Assembly: GCA_041750285.1 (NCBI GenBank)
Contig: JBGSZS010000021.1
Span: 25,987-89,986 of the forward strand
DNA: 64,000 nt
Source of the DNA: Candidatus Fermentibacteraceae bacterium
GTDB lineage: Bacteria > Fermentibacterota > Fermentibacteria > Fermentibacterales > JCC-6
Direction: 5' to 3'
Position 1 is the stretch's first letter; each line of letters starts with the position of its first letter. Below the pieces are notes generated by a model. The model was not told where the DNA came from, did no database searches, and saw nothing but the letters and a program-made list of their open reading frames with translations. This document shows, one piece after another, positions 9,944-24,626 of this stretch. The translations under genes were made by a program, and so were the position numbers.

Positions 9944-12900
9944 CCTTCCTCCGCGACACTTCGAAAAGGCTCTTCTTGAGTTTCATGGGATCCCCTGCCA
10001 AAGTGGCGGCCTTTTCGATTATGTCTTTCCTGTTGCCGAACATGTCGAGCAGGTGAAGAAGCTCCTGGTCGGCACTCACGGCCTGCAGAAGCTTTTCGTT
10101 CTCCTCGAGGAGCCTGAGCAGGTCCTCCCTCGAGGGGTCGACGGTCCAGCGAAGCAGTATGGCCACAGAGTCTGCGTTATCCCGGTACCTGCGGCGCATG
10201 TCCGCACTGATCTCCCGGGCCTCTTCTTCGGTGACCACCCCGTGGGCGTGCCTCTGTTTCCTGACCTCGTCCCTGACCAGGTCGTTGATCTCCTGAAGGG
10301 CGGCAGGGTACTGGGGCGCTCCGGCACCGCCGGAGAAGACCCAGGAGTCTCCCAGTACTGCAGGAAGGATTTCCTCGGCGTTCGGGAATGGTTTCTCCAG
10401 AATGTAACCCCAAACACAGATGAACATCGTGCCGTACTTCCGAACGAATGACGCCCGGTCGGGAGTTCCGGACTCCTGCGAAAGCCTTTCGAGAAGGAGG
10501 TCGAGAAGCCTTCTTCTCTGGTTCCGGCCCGCCAGGAGAAGCTCGATCCTGTCGAGGGCCCTCGTTTTCCACATGGGTCCAAACAGCTGCCTTTCCAGCA
10601 GATCGTTGGACTGGCCCGGAAAAACCGCAAACGAGAGGCTGCCCGCAACCATGAGAAGCAGTTCCGATGCGCCGTCGGCCCCGAGGAATTCCACGACTTC
10701 CATGATCGACCGGGCCGTCTGGAGGGTCTTCCCTGAATCCGTTGGCTCGGCCATGAGTATCATCAGTGCGCAGTTCAGGATCGGGGGCAGGGTTCTGGCC
10801 GTCCATGCCTGAACGGGATCGGCGCCTGTGTGAAGGGCTGCATCGGTCAGCTCGGAAACTGCCTTTTCCTCGCCTGCCCGTGGCCTTCCCCTTCTTATGT
10901 CAAGGAAGAAGTCGAGCGGGTCCCTTTGGTTTCCAAGAAGGGTTTTCAGCTTCATGAGGGCTTCGCGGTCGCATTGGTACGAAAGAGATTCGCCTCCCGG
11001 GATCGAAGATGCTGAAAGACCGGAGCTGAGTATGGAGCAGATACCGAGAAGCTCCTCCCTGCGGGCGCCTGAAGAGGTTATAAGCGCGGTCACCCCCCCG
11101 ATACGCTTCCTGGGGACGTCCCTGGCTTCGTGAATGCCCGACCATGACGAGAGGATGTCCTCCGGGTTGAAATGGTCGGTCTCGGCCGTGGGGGCCGGAC
11201 TTCCCAGCAACCAGGCCTCGAGACCGGTTGAAAGCTCGAAAGCCCTGCTCAGTTGTATCTCTGAGGCAAGGTGCAGCAGGAAGTCATCGCCTGCGGGAAT
11301 CCCCCCGATGCTTCTCTGGGCAAGCTCGATGGCGTTCTCGAGAAATCCTGCAAGATTACCGAGCTGCCTGTGGAAGAAGAAAACGCTTTCTGGAAGCACC
11401 TCGGTGAAAAAGGCCATGGCTGACCTGCCGGATCCCGTGGAGACTCCCGCTCCAGACACCCTGACAGGCATGAGCTTGTCCGCAAGGCGTGCGATGAAGG
11501 CGCTGTTCACTGTTTCCAGCGCGTCGGGGACTTCCATGAAGGCGTTGAGTATCCTTCTGATGCCCTGATCGAGGAAGCTCGAGAAGATCAGGTCGAACCC
11601 CTCCTGCCAAACGGCCTGCCTGCTGAACCTGTCGCACACTGCGCGGATCCCCGACAGAAGCTCTTCTGAACGCTGCCTCGAGAGGCCCGGCAGTGTGAGG
11701 AAATCCTGCATCAGCAGATCGAGGGCGGCGACACGTCCGCCTGCCCTGAAAACCCTCTGAAGGGTGAGGTTTTCGGCCTCCCTGAGCCTGTCCTGCTCGG
11801 GAGAGGAGTTGTATCCGGTGACCGCGAAGGCAAGACAATCCCTGAAAAGCGGATCGGATGCGTTGACTTCCTGCATCAGAGGGGTGACGACCATCTCCAG
11901 GAACCTGAGCCTTCTCGAGGGGTCCTCTACCCTGCCCAGGAATTGGATCACTGTTTTCCCCGCTTCGGGCTGCCCGTCGAGAAGCTTCTCCATCCATGCC
12001 GGAGCGAGTCCGGATGAGAGCTTTCCCCTGTCGACAGGGGTGAGAAGAGCGAAAACATCAGCGATGGCCTGGGTGCGGTGCAGATACGCAGCGGTGTCGT
12101 CATCGGGCGCCATCCGCACCAGAAGGGAGGCAACGGCCGCAAGGTGTATCTGATTGCTTCCGCCGCGAATCATCGCCCGTTCCAGCAAAGCCAGACCCTT
12201 TCGGCCCGAGGGCGCGCCGTCGAGGGCGCGAAACACCGTTTTCAGGCTTTTCCTGTCAGGCGTTCGACCCGCGGAGAGCACCTGTTCGGCAATGCGGTAC
12301 AACCTCATGACGTCCACCGCGGTGTACGCGCATCCCTCTCCCGCGTCGGAAAGGTAGCCGTTCACGAATACCAGGGGTTCGCCTTCGATCCTTCCCTGCA
12401 TGCCTGAAAGGAATTTGACGAGTCCCTGGTAGGTTATGCCCCTCTGGGCCGTGTCCACCATCTCTATGAAGAACTCTCCCAGCCTGAAGGGGTTCTCGCT
12501 GCCGGAAAGCCTTATGGAAAGGAGTTCCACTGCAAGGTCAATCTCCATCTGGGAATCGAGATGGCTGCAGGCGACCGGACTCGAGTTCAGCACCGCGGCA
12601 ACAACTCCGGAGTCCTCGGTTCTGAAGAGAACCATGGCGCGGTGCACCCTTTCTTCGGACAGGAACTCGGCCATGCCTCTGTGTTTCTTCAGGGCCCTCA
12701 TAGCCCCGCAGTAAAAACGCAGGGACCCGATGGGAGCCATTCCCTCGGCGATCCTTCTGTATATGGGCATGCCCCTGCGTGCGACTATCTCCCATATGGG
12801 TGCGAACTCGTCTCCGGGATAGAGCCAGCCGAGATCGGCGGCGAAATCCATCAGAACGGCCCTGTTGTTTTCCGTCAACCCGGGAAAGCTCATGGCTTTC

Positions 12901-13486
12901 TTCAGGGCTTCGTGGACTTCCTCACCACCGGCTGAAAGCCTGTCACAATGGTAGGCAAAGTGTTCGGGCAGCGTCCGGGCAAGCACGAGGCAGAAGGCTG
13001 CGGCATCTTCGCCCAGATTGCCGTCGCCGCTGCTTCGGAGAACCCTGAACCAGCATGCCAGGGCCTGGGGCAGATCCGTCTTCCCGCTGCCTTTCCCGGA
13101 TACGGGGAATACCGCCGCCAGACTCGCGTAGCCGTCCACACCAAGACGCCACAGGTTTCTCGGCAGAAGGTGCAGGGCGGAAAACCAGTCGCGGGTGAGT
13201 CCGGCTTTTATCGGCGGGGATGCCATCTGCTTGAAAGCCCTGAACACTGCGCCTGCGGCCTCGGTGTCCATTCCCGCCAGCAACGATGCCGCAAGGGGGG
13301 TCAGCTCTCCATGCGCCTTGAAAAGGGGCAGGGCAGATAGCGCGGCAGTTGTTGCCGGTCCGGTGGAGAGAAGCTCGGGCTGAACCACCGGAAGTGCCGG
13401 AACCGATACGGGCGGAGGTGAAGCGGTGTCCTCGCCATGCACCGAAAGCCAGGTGGCGAGCATCTGTTTCAGTGCATCCTTGCTTG

Positions 13487-13490
<4 letters not shown>
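9936..13490 (-). CDS. Large hypothetical protein (1184 aa, probably helical)
   Basis: Long ORF; ATG overlaps the gyrA stop (ATGA) and its end overlaps the asparaginase start; no motif recognised. Confidence 0.8.
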
Positions 13491-18181
<4,691 letters not shown>

Positions 18182-18199
18182 GGGCTCCGGAAACCTCCA

Positions 18200-19312
18200 T
18201 TACACGGGATTCGCGAGGCGCACCGGCATAAGCAGGGCAAGGTACTCCATGCCGGAGTCCTGCTCGAGTTCTTCGATAACTACTGCTGTAGCGCCGTCTT
18301 TTATCTTCAGAAGAACGGATTCACTGTCCATGTTCTTGAGGATCTCCATGAGAAAGTCTCCGTTGAACGCAATCTGAAGCGGATCGGAGTCGAAATGTGC
18401 CTGAAGCTCTTCCCTTGCCTCGCCGGCGTCGGTGTTTTCCGCCTGAAGGATCATCTTCCCGGGTTCAAGCGTGAAGCGGACCTGGTGGGTCGCAGGGTTG
18501 GCTATGATGCGCATTCGCCTGAGGCTCGCGATGAGATCGACACGGTTCACGGTGAGCACGTACGGATTTTCGCTGGGGATGACCTTTTCGTAGGGAGGGT
18601 AGGGTCCCTCGATTATCCGGCTGAATACGGCGGTCTCTCCGGACTTGAAGCATATCTGGGTTCCCTGGCTTCCCAGCATGATGTTCTCGTCCTCGCCCAG
18701 GCGGCCCAGGAGGTTGAGTGCCTTGGGGGCAACTATCGCATCGAGGGTTTTCTCGGAAGCAAGACCGCTCATTCGCATCCTGGCAAGCCGGTGGCCGTCC
18801 GTGGCGACCATTTCTAGCCCATCAGGACCCATCTTCCAGAGTGCCCCGTTCAGCGCCGGCCTGTAGTCGTCGGAAGCCACCGCGAACGCCGTTTTTCTGA
18901 CCGCGTCGGAAACGGCCTTCAATGGAAGCTCGGTAAAGGCCACATCGGCGGCGGAAGGGAGCGACGGGAAGCTGTCGCGGCTGCTCCCCGCGAGCACGAA
19001 GTTGCTGTTTCCGCAGGAAATGGTGATCCTGCTGCCCGACCCCCCGATATGGATGTCTCCGCCCGGAAGCTCTTTGACGATCTCGAGGAGTTTCTTGCCC
19101 GGAAGCGCCACGGAACCCTGGGTGCTGATGGTCGCCGGAACCGAGGTCGTAACAGATGTGTCGAGGTCGGTGGCGGCAAGGCACAGCCTGTCGGCGGCGG
19201 TCTCGAGAAGAATGTTCGTAAGGGATGGAAGGCTTGTTTTTGGCGGCAGGGCGTTGGCGACAATGCTCAGACCCTTGAGAAGGTCTCCGTACGACACGAG
19301 CAGCTTGACCAT
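18200..19312 (-). CDS. dnaN: DNA polymerase III beta sliding clamp
   Basis: ATDLD, VATDGHRLA and LLMPVR motifs. Confidence 0.97.
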   Translation of the reverse strand: MVKLLVSYGDLLKGLSIVANALPPKTSLPSLTNILLETAADRLCLAATDLDTSVTTSVPATISTQGSVALPGKKLLEIVKELPGGDIHIGGSGSRITISCGNSNFVLAGSSRDSFPSLPSAADVAFTELPLKAVSDAVRKTAFAVASDDYRPALNGALWKMGPDGLEMVATDGHRLARMRMSGLASEKTLDAIVAPKALNLLGRLGEDENIMLGSQGTQICFKSGETAVFSRIIEGPYPPYEKVIPSENPYVLTVNRVDLIASLRRMRIIANPATHQVRFTLEPGKMILQAENTDAGEAREELQAHFDSDPLQIAFNGDFLMEILKNMDSESVLLKIKDGATAVVIEELEQDSGMEYLALLMPVRLANPV

Positions 19313-19562
19313 ATGCGTCTCTCCTTCCGAGGGATTACAGAGAGGTAGTGTTCAAACATCTAAAGAATAGTCATCACAATTATACTCGTGGATTTGTGGA
19401 AAAGTAAGGCTGCCGGGATACGGGGCAAGGAATTCCCGGTGTTGAAAACCTGTGGACATTGACCTTGGAAATGCATTTTTTTCCACAGGGAAGACCGGGA
19501 ATCGGTTATGATCATGAAGCCCACAGTTGTATCCACAGGAGGAAAGGGGTTTTTCCACATTC
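19313..19562. other. Probable replication origin oriC (DnaA-box cluster with DnaA-trio-like unwinding element)
   Basis: Non-coding dnaA-dnaN gap with TGTGGAAAA (19395), TGTGGACAT (19451), TTTTCCACA (19479, 19551) and GTATCCACA (19529); gene orientation diverges nearby. Confidence 0.88.
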
Positions 19563-20882
19563 TCAACGGGTGAGGTTTTCCCGGATATCCTGAACCTTGC
19601 GCTTGAGCTGGGGGTTCTCGGACAGGATCTCCTTGATGCGTGCAATAGCGTTGAGGACCGTTGAGTGGTCGCGGCCGGTGAAGAAGCGCCCTATCTCGGT
19701 GAGAGGCGTATCGGTCAACTCCCTGATGAGCATCATGGAAACCTGCCTTGGTATCAGCACCTCCCGCTTGCGCTGCTTTCCCCTGATCAGCGCGGGGTTT
19801 ATGGAGAATGCCTCGGCAACGGCACCCGTAATGCTGCCGGGATTGAGGTGGCGCGTACCGGCCCCGAGAAACTCGGCAATGATGTTTCGAACAAGGTCAC
19901 GCGTAATCGAGATGTTCTGGATCTGCGAACGAACGGCCAGGAGGTTGATCATTGCCTCGAGCTGTCTGATGTTGGTCTTCACGGTGTCAGCTATGAAGTA
20001 CATCGTGTCATCATCTATCGAGATGCTGCGTTCCCGGGTTATCTGGGTAAGGATGGCCACCCTGGTTTCAAGCATCGGCGGTTTTATGTCGGCCACGATT
20101 CCGGACTGAAACCTCGATACAAGCCGTTCCTCGAGGGGCTCTATCTCGTGGGGGGGCCTGTCGGAAGTGAGAACGATCTGCCTCCCCTGAAGGTACAGGT
20201 TGTTGAAGATGTGAAAGAGCTTCTGTTCTGAACCCTCCTTGCCCCCGAGAAACTGGACATCGTCCATAAGCAGGTAGTGAACATCCCTGAACCGCCGCTC
20301 GAACTCCTCCATGCGTTTGTTGGTAATGGCGTACACAAGCTGGTTCACGAACTCCTCGCTGGAGATGTAACGGCAGACGAGGTCGGGCCTGTGGGTGCTG
20401 ACGTAGTGTGCGACGGCCTGGATGAGGTGTGTTTTGCCCAGCCCCACACCGCCGTATATGAAAAGCGGGTTCGCAATGTCGGAGCCCATGTTCTTGGCCG
20501 CGGAGAGGGCCGTGGCGTAGGCGAGACGGTTGTTGTCGTCCACGATGAAGCGTTCGAAGGTGTAGGAGGAGCGCAGCATGGTGGGAAGGATGGACTCGCG
20601 TCGCGTCTGGGTGTTCCTTGGAACGACGGAAATGGCCCTGAAATGGAGGTCGGGGCAGTCAAGGAGCTCGGCGAGAATGGATCGGAGCTTCTCGGAGTAG
20701 TGCGCCGATACGAAACCGGCATTGAACTCGTCCTTGAATGCCACGGTGAAGGTGTTGTACTCGTAGCTGACGAACCTGGAACCGGCAAGCCAGGAGTTGT
20801 AGATGTCCAGCCCCATTATCTCCCTGGTACGGAGAAGGCACTCGGACCAGGTTGCCTCCGGGGAAACGTTCAGAAAAGACAC
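19563..20882 (-). CDS. dnaA: Chromosomal replication initiator DnaA
   Basis: NPLFIYGGVGLGKTHL, MDDVQF and GRDHSTVL motifs. Confidence 0.98.
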   Translation of the reverse strand: MSFLNVSPEATWSECLLRTREIMGLDIYNSWLAGSRFVSYEYNTFTVAFKDEFNAGFVSAHYSEKLRSILAELLDCPDLHFRAISVVPRNTQTRRESILPTMLRSSYTFERFIVDDNNRLAYATALSAAKNMGSDIANPLFIYGGVGLGKTHLIQAVAHYVSTHRPDLVCRYISSEEFVNQLVYAITNKRMEEFERRFRDVHYLLMDDVQFLGGKEGSEQKLFHIFNNLYLQGRQIVLTSDRPPHEIEPLEERLVSRFQSGIVADIKPPMLETRVAILTQITRERSISIDDDTMYFIADTVKTNIRQLEAMINLLAVRSQIQNISITRDLVRNIIAEFLGAGTRHLNPGSITGAVAEAFSINPALIRGKQRKREVLIPRQVSMMLIRELTDTPLTEIGRFFTGRDHSTVLNAIARIKEILSENPQLKRKVQDIRENLTR

Positions 20883-21056
20883 GGCAGAACAGTCGTAAAA
20901 CGATTGCGCGCAATGGTGTCAGAAGAAATCCACATGATTGTCAACATCCCTAGAAAACAAGTAAACAACTATACCACAAACACATAAGAAAACCGCGCTT
21001 TTGGGGTCAGCCAAAACATGTTGATTTCTTTTTCTTTGGCAAGGGCAAAAAAGAGC

Positions 21057-21085
21057 TTGACAAAGGCCCTGCTCGATAGTAAGAT
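21057..21085 (+). promoter_or_regulatory. Sigma70-type promoter of the rpmH operon
   Basis: TTGACA-17 nt-TAAGAT. Confidence 0.7.
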
Positions 21086-21161
21086 TCCGCTTCCCTTTTG
21101 AATACGCTTTTTCTGTTTCCCGGGGCAACCAGCCGCCGGCATAGTCAAGAAGGAACGGGTT

Positions 21162-21296
21162 ATGAAGAGAACCTATCAACCCAGCAGGATCTCCAGGGTG
21201 AGAAAGCATGGGTTCAGGGCCAGGATGGCCACCCGGGGCGGCAGGAAGGTTCTGAATGCCAGAAGACGGAAGGGCCGCAAGAGACTGGTCCCCTGA
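21162..21296 (+). CDS. rpmH: 50S ribosomal protein L34
   Basis: Manual translation [44 protein letters not shown] (below ORF-track cut-off). Confidence 0.97.
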   Translation: MKRTYQPSRISRVRKHGFRARMATRGGRKVLNARRRKGRKRLVP

Positions 21297-21633
21297 GGCA
21301 GGCAGAACCGGCGCCTCATGCTTCACCCTGAAGAAAACCCCTGAGTTCATGCGTCTGTTCAGATCTGGACATCGCTTCAAGGGCGGGGTCATCCGTGCGA
21401 GACACTGCAGAAACACCCTGGGCATGATACGCCTGGGGTTTTCCGTTTCAAGGAAGACCGGAAGTGCAGTTGAAAGGAACCTCTTCAGAAGAAGGATGCG
21501 GCACCTCGCGCGGGAAGCTCCTGCCGGGCCCGGATTCGACGCCGTCGTAACGCCTCAGCTGAAGCTGAGAGAAATAGGATGGTTTGCCCTTCGTGAGGAT
21601 TTTGCATTGCTTCTGAAGGAAGCCGGGCGTTGA
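21256..21633 (+). CDS. rnpA: Ribonuclease P protein component
   Basis: [24 protein letters not shown] (RNR-type motif); start uncertain. Confidence 0.92.
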   Translation: MPEDGRAARDWSPEAGRTGASCFTLKKTPEFMRLFRSGHRFKGGVIRARHCRNTLGMIRLGFSVSRKTGSAVERNLFRRRMRHLAREAPAGPGFDAVVTPQLKLREIGWFALREDFALLLKEAGR

Positions 21634-21863
21634 AGAGCATTATCATTCTGATGATTGACGCATACAGGAAGCTTCTTTCCCCGCTGCTGCCCGGTTCATG
21701 CCGCTTTACCCCCACGTGCAGCGGATACGCCAGAACCGCGGTTGAAAGGTTCGGCGCCTGGAAGGGATCGAAGCTCGCCCTGAAAAGGATACTGAGATGC
21801 AACCCCTGGAATCCGGGGGGATACGACCCTGTACCGGAGGGAAAGAACAATGGCGATGAGTGA
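21630..21863 (+). CDS. yidD: Membrane protein insertion efficiency factor
   Basis: CRFTPTCS.Y and RILRCNPW..GGYDPVP motifs. Confidence 0.96.
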   Translation: MKSIIILMIDAYRKLLSPLLPGSCRFTPTCSGYARTAVERFGAWKGSKLALKRILRCNPWNPGGYDPVPEGKNNGDE

Positions 21864-23424
21864 CCAGTCCAGAATGCTTCTTGCGGCCACGCTCATGATG
21901 GCGGTTCTTGCGTTGAGCTGGTTTCTCGCAAGCCCCCGCGGGACGGACCCGGCCCCTGAACCCGGACAGACCCTTTCCGAAACCGTCGCAATTCAGGTGC
22001 CCGAGCAGGCTTCGGAATCAGTGGATGCCCCGCTTCAGGCAGAACTGCCGGACAGCATCGCACCGGCCCGAAGCATAGTTGTAAGGATAATGGATGAAGG
22101 GGCCGTCCTTGTGGATGCCGAACTCTCCACGGACGGCGGAAGCGTTATGAAATGGTCGCTTGCCGGATACCCGGACCTTTCCGGCTCCGGTGATGGTGCC
22201 ATGGTCAACCTGGCTGCGAAACCCTGGCTTTCGGTGATGACACCCTCCGGCAACAGGGTTCCGTTCTCCTGTGAAAGCCCTGATACCGTAACGGTCACCT
22301 CCGAGACCGAGATCGTCTTCAGTTTTGGTTCGGCAAGAAGGACATTTACTTTCAATCCTGGCACATATGCATTCGATGTCTTCGACGAGGGACTTTCCGA
22401 GGTGATAACGGTACAGGCCGGCGCTATCCCCGTCACTGAGGAAAACGCAGACATGAGGCAGTACTTCTCGGCATGCTGGTACACGAACAAGATGACCCGG
22501 AAAAAGGCTCCTTCGATCGAAGCGTTCGACGGCGTGGGGAACAGCCGGTGGGTTGCAGCTGCTTCGAGGTACTTCTGCATCGTTCTTCTTCCACATTCCA
22601 GGGAGAGGGTGAGCGGTTTCGTGGCGCCGGGGGAGGGAGGCTCACCGGAGGTGTCCCTCGAGACCGGAAGCGTTACCGTTTACGCCGGGCCGGTTGGATA
22701 CACGGTTCTCAGCGCGCTGGGAAGCGACACCGGGAAGATGGTCGATTTCGGGTTTCCCGTGATAAGGCAGCTTGCCCAGCTTATTTTCCTGTACCTTGAA
22801 AGGGTGCTGTCATTCATCGGGAACTGGGGCGTAAGGATCATGGTTCTCGCGGTGACCCTGCAGATACTGATGATGCCCCTGACCCGGAAAAGCTATGTTG
22901 CCATGCAGAAGATGCAGAAGCTTTCTCCCGCGATAAAGGAGATTCAGAAGAAGTATGCCTCCGACCCCCAGAAACAGCAGATCGCAATGCAGAAGCTCTA
23001 CAAGGAGTCCGGCGCGAACCCCCTCGGAGGCTGTCTTCCCATGATCCTACAAATGCCGGTGTTTTTCGCGATGTACAGGGTTCTTGGGAATGCAGTCGAA
23101 CTCAGGGGAGCGCCATTCGTGCTCTGGGTGACCGATCTTTCCCGGCCGGAGATCCTCATTCCGTTCCAGTCACCGATACTGGGCCTTCAGGGTATCGGGC
23201 TGATGGCCCTTGTGACCGCCGCCTTCATGCTGATACAGCAGAAAATGAACTCGGCATCCATGCAGCAGCAGAAGGGGATGATGTACCTGATGCCAGTGAT
23301 GATGGGGTACTTCTTCATGAAGTTCGCTGCGGGGCTTAACCTCTACTGGATGGTGTACAACATCCTCAGCATGGTAAACCAGGGCGTTATAAAGAAGAAG
23401 ATGCAGGCGGAAGAGTCCGTGTGA
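21850..23424 (+). CDS. yidC: Membrane protein insertase YidC
   Basis: GNWG and NPLGGCLPMILQMPVFFAMY motifs; large periplasmic domain. Confidence 0.96.
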   Translation: MAMSDQSRMLLAATLMMAVLALSWFLASPRGTDPAPEPGQTLSETVAIQVPEQASESVDAPLQAELPDSIAPARSIVVRIMDEGAVLVDAELSTDGGSVMKWSLAGYPDLSGSGDGAMVNLAAKPWLSVMTPSGNRVPFSCESPDTVTVTSETEIVFSFGSARRTFTFNPGTYAFDVFDEGLSEVITVQAGAIPVTEENADMRQYFSACWYTNKMTRKKAPSIEAFDGVGNSRWVAAASRYFCIVLLPHSRERVSGFVAPGEGGSPEVSLETGSVTVYAGPVGYTVLSALGSDTGKMVDFGFPVIRQLAQLIFLYLERVLSFIGNWGVRIMVLAVTLQILMMPLTRKSYVAMQKMQKLSPAIKEIQKKYASDPQKQQIAMQKLYKESGANPLGGCLPMILQMPVFFAMYRVLGNAVELRGAPFVLWVTDLSRPEILIPFQSPILGLQGIGLMALVTAAFMLIQQKMNSASMQQQKGMMYLMPVMMGYFFMKFAAGLNLYWMVYNILSMVNQGVIKKKMQAEESV

Positions 23425-24626
23425 ACCCGTCGACCGACATCATCGTCGCAGTCGCAACCCCGCCGGGGCTGTCGGCCCTGGCCGTCGTCAGGTTGTCGGG
23501 GCGGGGTTCAGCCGCCCTCGTGGAAGGGCTTTGCGGTGCCTCCCCCGGAAGGCTGTCGGGTATGAGAAGGCTGCTCGCCATGATACCCGGAGTGGGTGAC
23601 GCAGTAGTGCTGGGTTGGCCCGAAGGGAAGAGCTACACCGGTGAGGAAATGGTGGAGCTGATCTGCCACGGAATACCGGAGAGGGTATCGCGCCTTTACA
23701 GAACTCTTCTTGACGCAGGAGCAAGAAGCGCCCTGCCCGGCGAGTTTACCGCGAGAGCGTGGCGCAACGGCAGGGTAAGCAACCGGCAGATCATTGAACT
23801 CGCGGCAGAGGTGGAAACGGGAAGCCCATCGGGACGCCTTTCCGAATGCGCGATGCGGCTTCATGAAAGAATCTCGCACGCCCTTGAAACGCTCGAGGGC
23901 TCCATCGAGTTCCAGGAAGATTCATGCACCGGTTCAGCACCTGCAGCGGCTGCCCTGCAACTTGCGGAGGAAGCCGCCAGAAGCCTTGTTGCAACCACAC
24001 ATTCGCTTCAAAGGGTGATGAAGGTATACCTGATGGGCCGGGTCAACGCCGGGAAGTCAACACTGATGAACCTCCTTTGCGGCGGAGAAGTCGCACTGGT
24101 GGACCCCTCTCCCGGCACCACAAGGGACGGGGCCAGGCGGGAGATCACGCTCATGGGAAGAAGGTTTCTTCTTGTGGACACTCCGGGATTCGGCGGCGAG
24201 GGCATCGACGGCATCGCCCTCGATCGTGTGACAAGGGAGATAACCCGCGACGACACGGTACTTTGGCTGAGCCCAGAGGGGGAGAACCCCCCGGAATCAG
24301 TTGAGGGGAGTGCCGGTCGGGTCGTCCTGGTGCTGTCGAAGAGTGATACTCACCGGCTCGAGGGGTTGCGCGTTTCCTCGGTGAACGGGGAGGGCGGCGT
24401 GACGCTTCGGGATAACCTGCTGAGCACCGCGTCTTCACCCGCGGAGAACAGCGCATCCGAGATACTGACCCTTCTTGAGCATGCCGCAGGTTTCGTTGAA
24501 ACCGAACCGGGGATAGCGGCAGCGCTGCTGCGCGAAGCGGAGGTCAAAGCCGTGGAGATGACCGGTCTCAGACATGATGTTTGCGCCGTTGAACGGGCTC
24601 TGAGCGTCCTCTGCGTTGGGAAATAG
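23421..24626 (+). CDS. mnmE: tRNA modification GTPase MnmE (divergent, short)
   Basis: VATPPG, SYTGE, GRVNAGKSTL, GTTRD, DTPG and C-terminal CVGK. Confidence 0.9.
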   Translation: MNPSTDIIVAVATPPGLSALAVVRLSGRGSAALVEGLCGASPGRLSGMRRLLAMIPGVGDAVVLGWPEGKSYTGEEMVELICHGIPERVSRLYRTLLDAGARSALPGEFTARAWRNGRVSNRQIIELAAEVETGSPSGRLSECAMRLHERISHALETLEGSIEFQEDSCTGSAPAAAALQLAEEAARSLVATTHSLQRVMKVYLMGRVNAGKSTLMNLLCGGEVALVDPSPGTTRDGARREITLMGRRFLLVDTPGFGGEGIDGIALDRVTREITRDDTVLWLSPEGENPPESVEGSAGRVVLVLSKSDTHRLEGLRVSSVNGEGGVTLRDNLLSTASSPAENSASEILTLLEHAAGFVETEPGIAAALLREAEVKAVEMTGLRHDVCAVERALSVLCVGK

